Positions 17,490-25,855 of a DNA stretch of 64,000 nt are shown here, in pieces. Within the stretch, counting starts at the first letter, position 1, and the number at the start of each line of letters is the position of its first letter. Source of the DNA: Cytophagales bacterium (GTDB lineage: Bacteria; Bacteroidota; Bacteroidia; Cytophagales; JAAEPT01); the NCBI GenBank assembly GCA_965267335.1, contig OZ253953.1:3994662-4058661 (forward strand), given 5' to 3'. The translations under genes were made by a program, and so were the position numbers. The notes beneath the pieces were generated by a model that saw nothing but the letters and a program-made list of their open reading frames with translations, was not told the DNA's origin and ran no database searches.

Positions 17490-19178
17490 TTGGAAAATAA
17501 AGAAATTCTAAGTTTTTTAAAACTGACAGCGTCATTACTTGAACTTCATGAAGCAAATGAATTTAAGGTACGGGCTTACAATTCGGCAGTATTCAATCTG
17601 GACAAAACTCCGCAAACATTGGCTAACCTCACTCAGGAAGAGCTGGAAAAACTGGACGGAATTAATAAGAGTTTAGCTTCAAAAATTATAGAACTAATTT
17701 CTCAGGGCACATTTGAAGAGCTTAAAGAGCTTTTGGAAAAGACCCCTAAAGGAGTGATTGAAATGCTCGACATCAAAGGTATCGGTCCGAAAAAAATCAG
17801 GACGATATGGAAAGACCTTAACATCACAAACAAAAAAGACCTGCTTCAGGCCTGCCTTGATGACAAAATCTCAGGCCTCAAAGGCTTCGGGGCTAAAACC
17901 CAGGAAACTGTCAAGCAATCCCTACTATTCTCCAAAGCACAGGAAGGAAAGTATCTATATGCTGAAATTGAAGAATTTGGACTCGAACTGGAGAAAGTAC
18001 TGAAGGAATCAAACATCGCCTCTCAAATAGAAATCTCCGGTCAGTTCAGGAGGAAATCCGAAATCGTTGACAAACTTCAGTTTATCGCTGCAACAGATGA
18101 TTCAGACACGATTTTCAAGGGTATGGAAAAAATCGACCTCGTCAGATATGAAAAAGAATCCTCTGGCCCCTTTGCCTGGCGTGGTACTGCAGGAGATTTT
18201 GACCTAAAGATTGAAATACTGATTGAGAGTCCGGAGAAATTTGGAACTACTTTCTATCTGAACTCATCGGGGTCCGGCCACTTAAAGTATCCGATTGATG
18301 AAAATGGCACTTTGCTTCAAAAGGCCAAATCAATTAATGCCAGGAATGAAAAGGAATTCGTAAAAAATATAGGAATCAAGGAGATCATACCCGAACTGAG
18401 GGAAGGGTTACTCGAATTTGATGAAAAGTTTGAGCCAAAGGAGTTAATTACTGATAAGGATATTACAGGCAGTCTACACAACCACTCTACCTGGAGTGAT
18501 GGAAGAAATAGCATCGAAGAGATGGCAGAGGCCTGCAAGGAATTAGGCTGGAATTACTTCGGAATCTCCGATCACTCCGTGACGGCCTTCTACGCAAATG
18601 GGCTGGATGAAGACCGAGTCGAACAGCAACATCGTGAAATTGATGAATTGAACAGTAGGTTAGCTCCTTTTAAGATTTTCAAAGGAATTGAGTCAGACAT
18701 ATTAAACGATGGTGCTCTTGATTACTCCGATGAAGTACTCAAGTCATTTGACTTTGTAGTTGCATCCATTCACTCCAACCTTAAAATGGATAAAGAAAAA
18801 TCCATGATGCGACTGATCAAAGCAATTGAGAACCCCTATACTACCATTTTGGGGCATATGACAGGGCGACTGCTCTTGCGTAGAGAAGGTTATCCGGTAG
18901 ACCATAAAATGATCATAGATGCCTGTGCTGCTAACAATGTCATCATCGAAATTAACGCGAACCCACGAAGACTTGATATCGACTGGAGATGGATACCCTA
19001 TTGTATGGAAAAGGGAGTCATGCTGTCAATCAACCCGGATGCTCACGTAAAATCAGGGCTCTTAGACACCCACTTTGGTGTACTTACCGGAAGAAAGGGA
19101 GGGCTTACCAAAGACATGACTTTTAATGCACAACCCTTGGAAAAGATTGAAGCCCATTTCAACTCGAAGAAGAAATAA
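17490..19178 (+). CDS. polX: DNA polymerase/3'-5' exonuclease PolX (HhH + PHP domains)
   Basis: 562 aa with a TTG start. Helix-hairpin-helix motifs GIGPKKIRTIW and GFGAKTQETV. PHP motifs LHNHSTWSDG, GISDHS and ASIHS. Confidence 0.85.
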   Translation: MENKEILSFLKLTASLLELHEANEFKVRAYNSAVFNLDKTPQTLANLTQEELEKLDGINKSLASKIIELISQGTFEELKELLEKTPKGVIEMLDIKGIGPKKIRTIWKDLNITNKKDLLQACLDDKISGLKGFGAKTQETVKQSLLFSKAQEGKYLYAEIEEFGLELEKVLKESNIASQIEISGQFRRKSEIVDKLQFIAATDDSDTIFKGMEKIDLVRYEKESSGPFAWRGTAGDFDLKIEILIESPEKFGTTFYLNSSGSGHLKYPIDENGTLLQKAKSINARNEKEFVKNIGIKEIIPELREGLLEFDEKFEPKELITDKDITGSLHNHSTWSDGRNSIEEMAEACKELGWNYFGISDHSVTAFYANGLDEDRVEQQHREIDELNSRLAPFKIFKGIESDILNDGALDYSDEVLKSFDFVVASIHSNLKMDKEKSMMRLIKAIENPYTTILGHMTGRLLLRREGYPVDHKMIIDACAANNVIIEINANPRRLDIDWRWIPYCMEKGVMLSINPDAHVKSGLLDTHFGVLTGRKGGLTKDMTFNAQPLEKIEAHFNSKKK

Positions 19179-19181
19179 CCT

Positions 19182-20201
19182 GTGAAAGAAAAACCTAAAA
19201 TACTTATCCTGCGATTTTCCTCCATTGGTGATATCGTCCTGACAACCCCTGTAATTCGGTGCTTGAAACAACAACTAGACGCAGAAATCCACTATTTCAC
19301 AAAACCTGGCTTTAAGGGTATTCTTGAAGAGAATCCCTATATCGACAAAGTCCACCTATTGGATGACAAGCTTTCGAAGAACATCAAAAAGCTGAAAAAA
19401 GAGAAATTTGATTATATCATAGATTTACACAACAACATCAGGACACGATTCATCAAATTCAAACTTCACCGTAAATCATACAGCTTCCGTAAACTTAACT
19501 TTGAGAAATGGCTGTTTGTTAAGTTCAAGATAAACAAACTACCCAATGTACATATAGTCGACCGATATATGGATACGGTCGCAGCGCTAGGAGTGACAAA
19601 CGATGATAAAGGACTTGATTACTTTGTACCTGATAAGGATGAAGTTGAAGCAGATTGGCTACCTGAATCGCACCAGGGTGAGTACGTAGCCTTTGCGATT
19701 GGAGGACAACATGCCACTAAAAAATTACCGATTGAGCGGATGATTGAGCTCTGTGATCGTATTAACAAACCTATAGTGCTACTTGGAGGCAAAGAAGACG
19801 TAGAAGCTGCTGAAAGCATTGAGAACTTTTTTAGAAAAACTGAAAAATCAGCTCCCTATGAAGAGTCGCTTGAAACTAAGCTCAACAAAAAGGCGATTAT
19901 TTTTAATGGAGCAGGAAAGTTCAACCTTAATCAATCGGCTTCAATTGTCAAGAATTCAAGGTGGGTATTCACTCATGACACTGGTATGATGCACATCGCA
20001 GCAGCTTTCAAAAAAGAGATATTCTCAATCTGGGGAAATACGGTGCCCGAATTCGGGATGTATCCTTACAAAACAAAGTTTACGATCTTTGAAAATAAGA
20101 AGCTGAATTGCCGTCCTTGCTCAAAAATAGGATATGACCAATGTCCAAAAGGGCATTTTAAGTGTATGAAAGAGGTAGTATTTGATTTTTATCTTCCATA
20201 A
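19182..20201 (+). CDS. glycosyltransferase family 9 (heptosyltransferase-like)
   Basis: 339 aa. ILILRFSSIGDIVLTTPVIRCLK and the C-terminal THDTGMMHIAAAF are typical of GT9. Confidence 0.8.
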   Translation: MKEKPKILILRFSSIGDIVLTTPVIRCLKQQLDAEIHYFTKPGFKGILEENPYIDKVHLLDDKLSKNIKKLKKEKFDYIIDLHNNIRTRFIKFKLHRKSYSFRKLNFEKWLFVKFKINKLPNVHIVDRYMDTVAALGVTNDDKGLDYFVPDKDEVEADWLPESHQGEYVAFAIGGQHATKKLPIERMIELCDRINKPIVLLGGKEDVEAAESIENFFRKTEKSAPYEESLETKLNKKAIIFNGAGKFNLNQSASIVKNSRWVFTHDTGMMHIAAAFKKEIFSIWGNTVPEFGMYPYKTKFTIFENKKLNCRPCSKIGYDQCPKGHFKCMKEVVFDFYLP

Positions 20202-20288
20202 GACATTTAGAGCAACTAACGCATATTCATCCAGAAAAATGAATGATTTTTCCTATCTTCCCTTTTTGGTAAATAATTAGTTTACTCC

Positions 20289-21305
20289 ATGAAAAAATTC
20301 ATCATACCAGCCATTATTCTAACCGGACTAGTTTTAGTGTATACCAACTTCACCTTAAAAACCAACGGTTGGGATAAAGACACCCCGCTTGGCGATGTCC
20401 TAATCAAGTTAGGAGACAAGAAACCAATTCACTCTTTAAGTGGAGAACCGACCAAAGAACAAATCAAACAAGGTCGGGAATTAGTGACCAAAGGAGTGAC
20501 CAAAGGCCCTGATGGCAAAAAAACAAAAAGACAATCAATACACTTTGTGTGCACCGATTGCCATAACATCGTAAAGGAAAATCCGAATAATGGCGTAAAC
20601 TCCTCAGATGATCGTTTGAAGTATGCGATGGAAAACAAAATCCCATATTTGCAGGGGACCACATTATACGGCATAGTTAACCGTACCTCCTGGTACAATG
20701 ATGACTACTTAAAAAAATACGGGAAGTTAGTTGAGAGTTCAAGAGATACATTGGAAAATGCAGTACAGCTATGCGCTACTGTCTGTTCTCAGGGAAGAGC
20801 CTTTGAAGACTGGGAAATGGATGCTGTAATGGCTTATTTGTGGTCTATCCAAAATACTTTAGGTGATCTGAATCTTACTGACGAAGAAATGTCAAAGCTG
20901 AACAGTGCCGAACTTGGTAGCAAGCAGGATGATCTGATAAAAATGTTGAAGAACAAATATGTAACCGTATCGCATGCTACCTTCCTTGACCCCCATGATA
21001 AAGAAGGAAGACTGTACGGTGAAGACGGAGACCCGGACAAAGGGAAATTCATATATAAGAGCAGCTGTATGCATTGCCATCACCATAATGGGGTTACTGA
21101 ATTGAAGCTTGACCCTGCAAAAGTGACCATGCGTATGTTCAACAAAAACCTCAAGAAGGAAAACGACTGGAACATTTACCACATCGTACGTGAAGGAACT
21201 CATCCAATAGCCGGTTACAAACCTTATATGCCTCTCTATACTAAGGAAAGACTCAGCCCTTCCCAGGTTGAAGATTTGATTGCTTATATAAAGAGTCGGT
21301 TGTGA
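20289..21305 (+). CDS. periplasmic diheme c-type cytochrome
   Basis: It has a signal anchor and two CxxCH motifs (CTDCH and CMHCH). Confidence 0.7.
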   Translation: MKKFIIPAIILTGLVLVYTNFTLKTNGWDKDTPLGDVLIKLGDKKPIHSLSGEPTKEQIKQGRELVTKGVTKGPDGKKTKRQSIHFVCTDCHNIVKENPNNGVNSSDDRLKYAMENKIPYLQGTTLYGIVNRTSWYNDDYLKKYGKLVESSRDTLENAVQLCATVCSQGRAFEDWEMDAVMAYLWSIQNTLGDLNLTDEEMSKLNSAELGSKQDDLIKMLKNKYVTVSHATFLDPHDKEGRLYGEDGDPDKGKFIYKSSCMHCHHHNGVTELKLDPAKVTMRMFNKNLKKENDWNIYHIVREGTHPIAGYKPYMPLYTKERLSPSQVEDLIAYIKSRL

Positions 21306-22534
21306 TTTGTAGATTAATCATTCCTTTATTACTCCTCTCCTACAGCTATAAAACTAAGGCCCAGGAAATACCCGTACTTTACCCTGTGTTATACCCACTG
21401 GATTTCAGCAAAGAGGGCGAAAAAGAGTTCCAAAAACACCAAACGGAATGTGAGAGGATTTGGAAAAAACAATCCAATAGTGAAGAGCTAACTAAGGCTG
21501 AACAAGAATATGTCTATACATGCAGGGAAGTTGAACAAAGCTATTGGGAAGTCATAGATGCAGGATGCAGCTGGTATTGTGGAGGAGATCCTTACAAGAT
21601 TACGGCTTCTTCTTTTCTTCCAGCCAACAGTAAAATCAGCTACAAACCAGAAAATGCACATGATCTGGATTATGAAAGCGCTTGGGTAGAAGGCGTCAAA
21701 GGATATGGTATTGGCGAGTATTTACTTTACCACTTTAAAGGACATAGTCCAAGAATCAACACCATTACCATAGCCAACGGTTATGTAAAAAGTGAGTCCG
21801 CCTGGAGTAAAAACTCACGCGTAAAAACATTAAAAATGTACGTAAATGACACTGTGCATTCAATCCTAAATCTAGAGGATGCACGAGCAGACCAGGTTTT
21901 TGTTGTACCGCCAATTGGTAATGCCAGAAGTGAATCCGGGGCATTACTTGACACCACTGGATGGACGATTAAATTTGAAATTACAGGAGTCTATAAGGGA
22001 GATAAATACGATGATGTTGTAATTTCTGAGATTTACTTTGACGGGTTGGATGTCCATTGCCTTAGCGCTGGAACATTGATCACAATGGCCGATTCTTCAG
22101 AAAAAAAGATAGAATACCTACAAATTGGAGATGAAGTCTTGTCGTACATACCTGAAACCGATAAGTATGAACCCTCAAAGATTGTGCAGCTAGCTTCTGC
22201 AAATCACACACAATTGATGGTAATAAAATTCAGTAATGGAGCATCAATTAAATGCACGAAGGATCACCCATTTTTGTCGAATCAGGAGCACTGGCTTTCC
22301 CTTTCTCCTGACAAAACCACTGAAGCATACAACTACAATGAAGTCTATCAACTAGACACCACAAGCAATGTAATGTCATTCGGATTTCCCTATTTGCAAA
22401 TCAAATCTATTGATGAAATCACCTTTTATCAAAAGACGTATACAATCGTTAAGCTTGAAGAGGCGCAATCCTTCATAGCCAATGGTTTAATTGTAGGAAC
22501 TGAAGAACTAAGAATACAACTATCTTCGAAGTGA
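21302..22534 (+). CDS. secreted discoidin/NADase-type glycan-binding domain protein with a C-terminal Hint domain
   Basis: 410 aa. The GTG start overlaps the cytochrome gene's stop (GTGA). It has a signal peptide and a GCSWYCGG motif. The jelly-roll segment reads ASSFLPANSKISYKPENAHDLDYESAWVEGVKGYGIGEY...ITIANGYVKS...N.RVKTLKMY. The Hint blocks are listed in the next feature. Confidence 0.75.
   Translation: MICRLIIPLLLLSYSYKTKAQEIPVLYPVLYPLDFSKEGEKEFQKHQTECERIWKKQSNSEELTKAEQEYVYTCREVEQSYWEVIDAGCSWYCGGDPYKITASSFLPANSKISYKPENAHDLDYESAWVEGVKGYGIGEYLLYHFKGHSPRINTITIANGYVKSESAWSKNSRVKTLKMYVNDTVHSILNLEDARADQVFVVPPIGNARSESGALLDTTGWTIKFEITGVYKGDKYDDVVISEIYFDGLDVHCLSAGTLITMADSSEKKIEYLQIGDEVLSYIPETDKYEPSKIVQLASANHTQLMVIKFSNGASIKCTKDHPFLSNQEHWLSLSPDKTTEAYNYNEVYQLDTTSNVMSFGFPYLQIKSIDEITFYQKTYTIVKLEEAQSFIANGLIVGTEELRIQLSSK
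22058..22510 (+). other. Hint (Hedgehog/intein-like) autoprocessing domain
   Basis: Block A is C-LSAGTLITMADSSEKKIEYLQIGDEVLSY, with Cys at 22058-22060. Block B (TxxH) is CTKDHPF, at 22256-22267. The C-terminal block is YTIVKLEEAQSFIANGLIVGTE, which has no terminal HN plus nucleophile. Only about 10 residues follow. Confidence 0.7.
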
Positions 22535-22870
22535 CATCTTGTTTCTCAACTCATTACAATTAGGAACAAAACTCAACTCCCATGATGCTATATTGAAGAA
22601 GTTGATAGTTTTCAATTCATCTTACTCAACGTATCTCAAGAATATGACAAGTAGTTTCATTCGCTTACATGACAACGTAACCCATTTTCGTTTTAGTTAA
22701 CAAATAACATATCCTTCAGATTAATCGCTCGTATTAACTACTGTACCGTAGATTACATTGTTTTCTAAGTGAAACTCAATCATGAGTCCGAAACACTATT
22801 AAAACACTATTCACAAAAAATTTACACCATTGCTATTAAAATGGGGCATCTGATTTGCTATACTTTAGAC

Positions 22871-24694
22871 ATGAAAATTAAATCAACAATACAATTCGTA
22901 CTACTTGGCATTTTGGCATTTTCAACTGTTACCCTCAGTGCCAAAACAACCATTCAGAAAAATAACGGTAAGTGGGAAATTCTAGTTGATGGCGAGCCCT
23001 TTGATGTTAAGGGTGTGACCTTTGGTGGTGACTGGACCCCAGAAACACTTGGTGCACAACTTAAGGAGCTAAAATTTCTCGGAGTTAACTCTATCCGGTT
23101 GTGGGGAACGAATGACATGACTAATATGCTGCTCGATAGTTGTCACGCATATGACATCAACGTAATGGTGGGTATCTGGCTACGTCACGGACGACCTGGG
23201 ATGGAAGCTGATGACAGCTTTGATTATCTCACAGACAAAAAAGGCATGGAAGATATGTATAATGGTGCCATGAAGACTGTTGATTTATACAAAAACCACC
23301 CGGCCGTACTCACCTGGGGTGTTGGAAACGAAGTTTACCTCAACATCGCCACAGATAAAGAAAAGGTAGAGTATTCTAAGTTTTTGGAAAGAATATGCAG
23401 CGACATAAAGAAAAAGGACACCAATCACCCTATTACTTCTGTAGAAGCCTGGACATTTGGGCTGAAATGGTGGAAAGAAATGGTGCCATCGGTGGATATC
23501 TACGGGATCAATTCCTATGGTGGTGGTGTAAACGCATTACAAGGAGAACTTGAAAAAGCCGGGATTGACAAACCTTATGTAGTAACAGAGTTCGGAGTGA
23601 CGGGTGAGTGGGATGTTAAAGATGATAAGAACGGGGTCCGGATGGAACCCAATGATCAACAAAAGTATGATGCTATAGCTAAAGGTTACCATGATTGGAT
23701 AGCAAACAAACCTTCATGTCTGGGAGTATATGTTTTTCATTATAGCAACGGCCACAACTTCGGAGGGCCATGGTTACTACTAAAACACCAGGGAAGTTAC
23801 CGCCCCCAGTATTGGGCAACAAGAGAGGCATACACAGGCAAAAAACCCATCAACAATGTCCCTTCAATCAGCACATTTTCATTACCAGATGAAAAAGTTA
23901 AGACCGGGGCCTGGATTCCAGTGACATTAGAAGCCAGTGATATGGAAAATGATGAATTGAAAGTCAGTTTCCACTACAATCAAAGAATAGGTAGCCGTAA
24001 GAAAAAGGACCAGATCATTGCTCTCAATTACAGAGGTAATCTTGAAGATGGTTTTGAAATACAGATACCTGATGAGGATGGTGGCATAAAAGTTTATGCC
24101 TATGTAAAGGACTCATACAACAATATGGGTATCGCACATACATCCATTACTATTGACAATGGTCGGGAGCCACGCAAAAACCTGGTCGCTAAAGCTAAAC
24201 TACCATTTTACGTATACAAGGATGGTGATAGTGACCTCCCTTATATACCTACTGCGTATATGGGTAATACCAAAATGCTGGGAGTGAATCCAAAAAGTAC
24301 AAGAACCAAGCACTCCGGTGACTATTCCTTAGCAATCAGCTATGGCGATAATGATGGCTGGTTTGGGATCGGTTTTGTTGACCCGCCCGATGACTGGGGA
24401 GAGAGACTTGGAGGCTATAATTTGAGCGGAGCCACAAAGTTTAGTTTCTGGGCCAAGGCAAGTTCCAATAATGTAAAGGCCTCCATAGGCTTTGGTTTGA
24501 TCGGAAAGGACAAAAAATATTATGATACAGAGCAAAAACAACTAAAAGACATAAAGCTCACCACAGAGTGGAAGCAATACACAATTGATATAAGTGGCTC
24601 TGATCTAAGTTGTATTCGTTCGGGACTTGTTATTTATTCCGGTGGGAGTGGAAGTCCACAGTTCATCTGGTTGGATGATGTGGTTTTCGAGTAG
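22871..24694 (+). CDS. clan GH-A (TIM-barrel) glycoside hydrolase with a C-terminal carbohydrate-binding-like module
   Basis: The ATG at 22871 gives signal peptide MKIKSTIQFVLLGILAFSTVTLSA; the track's upstream extension is unlikely. The candidate acid/base motif is WGVGNEVY and the candidate nucleophile motif is YVVTEFG. A beta-rich C-terminal module of about 170 aa follows. Confidence 0.7.
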   Translation: MKIKSTIQFVLLGILAFSTVTLSAKTTIQKNNGKWEILVDGEPFDVKGVTFGGDWTPETLGAQLKELKFLGVNSIRLWGTNDMTNMLLDSCHAYDINVMVGIWLRHGRPGMEADDSFDYLTDKKGMEDMYNGAMKTVDLYKNHPAVLTWGVGNEVYLNIATDKEKVEYSKFLERICSDIKKKDTNHPITSVEAWTFGLKWWKEMVPSVDIYGINSYGGGVNALQGELEKAGIDKPYVVTEFGVTGEWDVKDDKNGVRMEPNDQQKYDAIAKGYHDWIANKPSCLGVYVFHYSNGHNFGGPWLLLKHQGSYRPQYWATREAYTGKKPINNVPSISTFSLPDEKVKTGAWIPVTLEASDMENDELKVSFHYNQRIGSRKKKDQIIALNYRGNLEDGFEIQIPDEDGGIKVYAYVKDSYNNMGIAHTSITIDNGREPRKNLVAKAKLPFYVYKDGDSDLPYIPTAYMGNTKMLGVNPKSTRTKHSGDYSLAISYGDNDGWFGIGFVDPPDDWGERLGGYNLSGATKFSFWAKASSNNVKASIGFGLIGKDKKYYDTEQKQLKDIKLTTEWKQYTIDISGSDLSCIRSGLVIYSGGSGSPQFIWLDDVVFE

Positions 24695-25222
24695 GGCTTT
24701 GTTTAATTTTTTCTTAAATCTACGACTATTCAACACATCAAATAGTACTCTGAATTGAAAACTAGCGGTAGAATAACCTTCCTTCTTTATAAGGACAATA
24801 AGGTAATTCCAATAGGCCCTTGTGGAAAATGCTAATCTGAGATGATGCTCAATCTCAATACTGAAACCATTGCAACTAAACTCATAAACCTGAGGCTCCA
24901 ATACACAAGATTGACCAATGATACTTTCCAGTCTTTTTTTAACATGAGAAAGTTTTCTTGCATATCGTTGAGGAGCGCACTTGAACGTAACAATAAACAA
25001 GATCAACAAAGATAAGGATGCTAACATTGTAATTACTGGCCCGTAGAAATATTGGCTCTGAAAGTATTGAGAATGATCTACAGAACCTGGTTTTTCATAT
25101 TCTTTTATCAGCTCTTGAGTAAGAGAAAAAATTGCTAATACAAAAATTGCACTAGAGAGAAGTATAGGCAAAAAGCCCTCTAATAAAATATTTTTCTTGA
25201 ACTCTTGAACTTTGACCCGCAT
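24605..25222 (-). CDS. hypothetical 2-TM membrane protein carried on the inserted segment
   Basis: Track ORF 24605..25522, trimmed to the ATG at 25222 (MRVKVQEFKKNILLEGFLPILLSSAIFVLAIF...). It has two hydrophobic helices. The last 90 nt read antisense through the glycosidase 3' end. No family recognised. Confidence 0.4.
   Translation of the reverse strand: MRVKVQEFKKNILLEGFLPILLSSAIFVLAIFSLTQELIKEYEKPGSVDHSQYFQSQYFYGPVITMLASLSLLILFIVTFKCAPQRYARKLSHVKKRLESIIGQSCVLEPQVYEFSCNGFSIEIEHHLRLAFSTRAYWNYLIVLIKKEGYSTASFQFRVLFDVLNSRRFKKKLNKALLENHIIQPDELWTSTPTGINNKSRTNTT
24646..24699 (+). repeat. 54-bp direct repeat, copy A (the real 3' end and stop of the glycosidase gene)
   Basis: gagtggaagtccaCagttcatctggttggatgatgtggttttcgagtagggctt. 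It is 53/54 identical to 25313..25366; the single difference is c at 24659 versus t at 25326. Confidence 0.95.
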
Positions 25223-25312
25223 AAAAGCAAGATACTTAAAAGTAAAAAAAGTTGCCGCTTGCTTACTCGTCCTCGTTTCCCCAAAAGTCGGACGAGTGTA
25301 ACAAAAACAGTC

Positions 25313-25366
25313 GAGTGGAAGTCCATAGTTCATCTGGTTGGATGATGTGGTTTTCGAGTAGGGCTT
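25313..25366 (+). repeat. 54-bp direct repeat, copy B (orphan copy of the glycosidase 3' end)
   Basis: Same string as 24646..24699 but with CAG changed to TAG. It is followed by different downstream sequence. Confidence 0.95.
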
Positions 25367-25469
25367 CCCGCGAAAACAGCCATTCGGCACATAACTATTC
25401 ATCCAATTACTCTTCCTCGGATCAGGGTTGCGCTTCCTTGTTTTGATAGCAACACTATCATTCGTTTGT

Positions 25470-25500
25470 AAAACGAAAAAGCCCGTTTCAAAAAACGGGC
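25470..25500 (-). terminator. rho-independent terminator for the minus-strand thr/CotH array
   Basis: gcccgtt (25481-25487) pairs with aacgggc (25494-25500). On the minus strand a TTTTTCGTTTT tail follows. It lies 39 nt downstream of the 25539 stop. Confidence 0.65.
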
Positions 25501-25538
25501 TCCATAACATTACAGTTCTCAACTATATACACAATAAT

Positions 25539-25841
25539 TTAATACCCATAATCTTTCTTATACTCAAGCCTTGTAGCCTCAAGCTCCCTTCTCCACTCAG
25601 CTCCATTATGCTGGTATCTTTCATCTGTATCTTTTGTAAGTGTTACAAGCCGGTCTTCCAACTCGTCAATCTTCTTCCTGACTTCTGGCCCACCTGTGGC
25701 AGCCTGTTTTGATAGCTCTTTAATCTTATACTCAAGGTCAACGATAAAGTGTGCATCACGTTTCATCAGACCTTCTTGTTGAGCATTTGCGGAGAAAATG
25801 GTTACCGCAAAAAGGATTGTCAATAAAAATTTTAGTTTCAT
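25539..25841 (-). CDS. small secreted, charged/coiled-coil-like protein
   Basis: 100 aa with signal peptide MKLKFLLTILFAVTIFSANAQ. It starts 14 nt downstream of the CotH-3 stop. Confidence 0.55.
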   Translation of the reverse strand: MKLKFLLTILFAVTIFSANAQQEGLMKRDAHFIVDLEYKIKELSKQAATGGPEVRKKIDELEDRLVTLTKDTDERYQHNGAEWRRELEATRLEYKKDYGY

Positions 25842-25855
25842 CAGTTTCTATTCAG

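Noticed and set aside
22769-22870. N-terminal extension of the glycosidase ORF in the track (GTG at 22769)
   Set aside because: The extension precedes a canonical signal peptide that starts at ATG 22871, and it has no signal-like features of its own.
25223-25522. Upstream 100 codons of track ORF 24605..25522
   Set aside because: This part reads antisense through the orphan repeat copy and a terminator hairpin. The ATG at 25222, just before the first TM helix, is a more plausible start. Even the trimmed ORF gets only 0.4 confidence.
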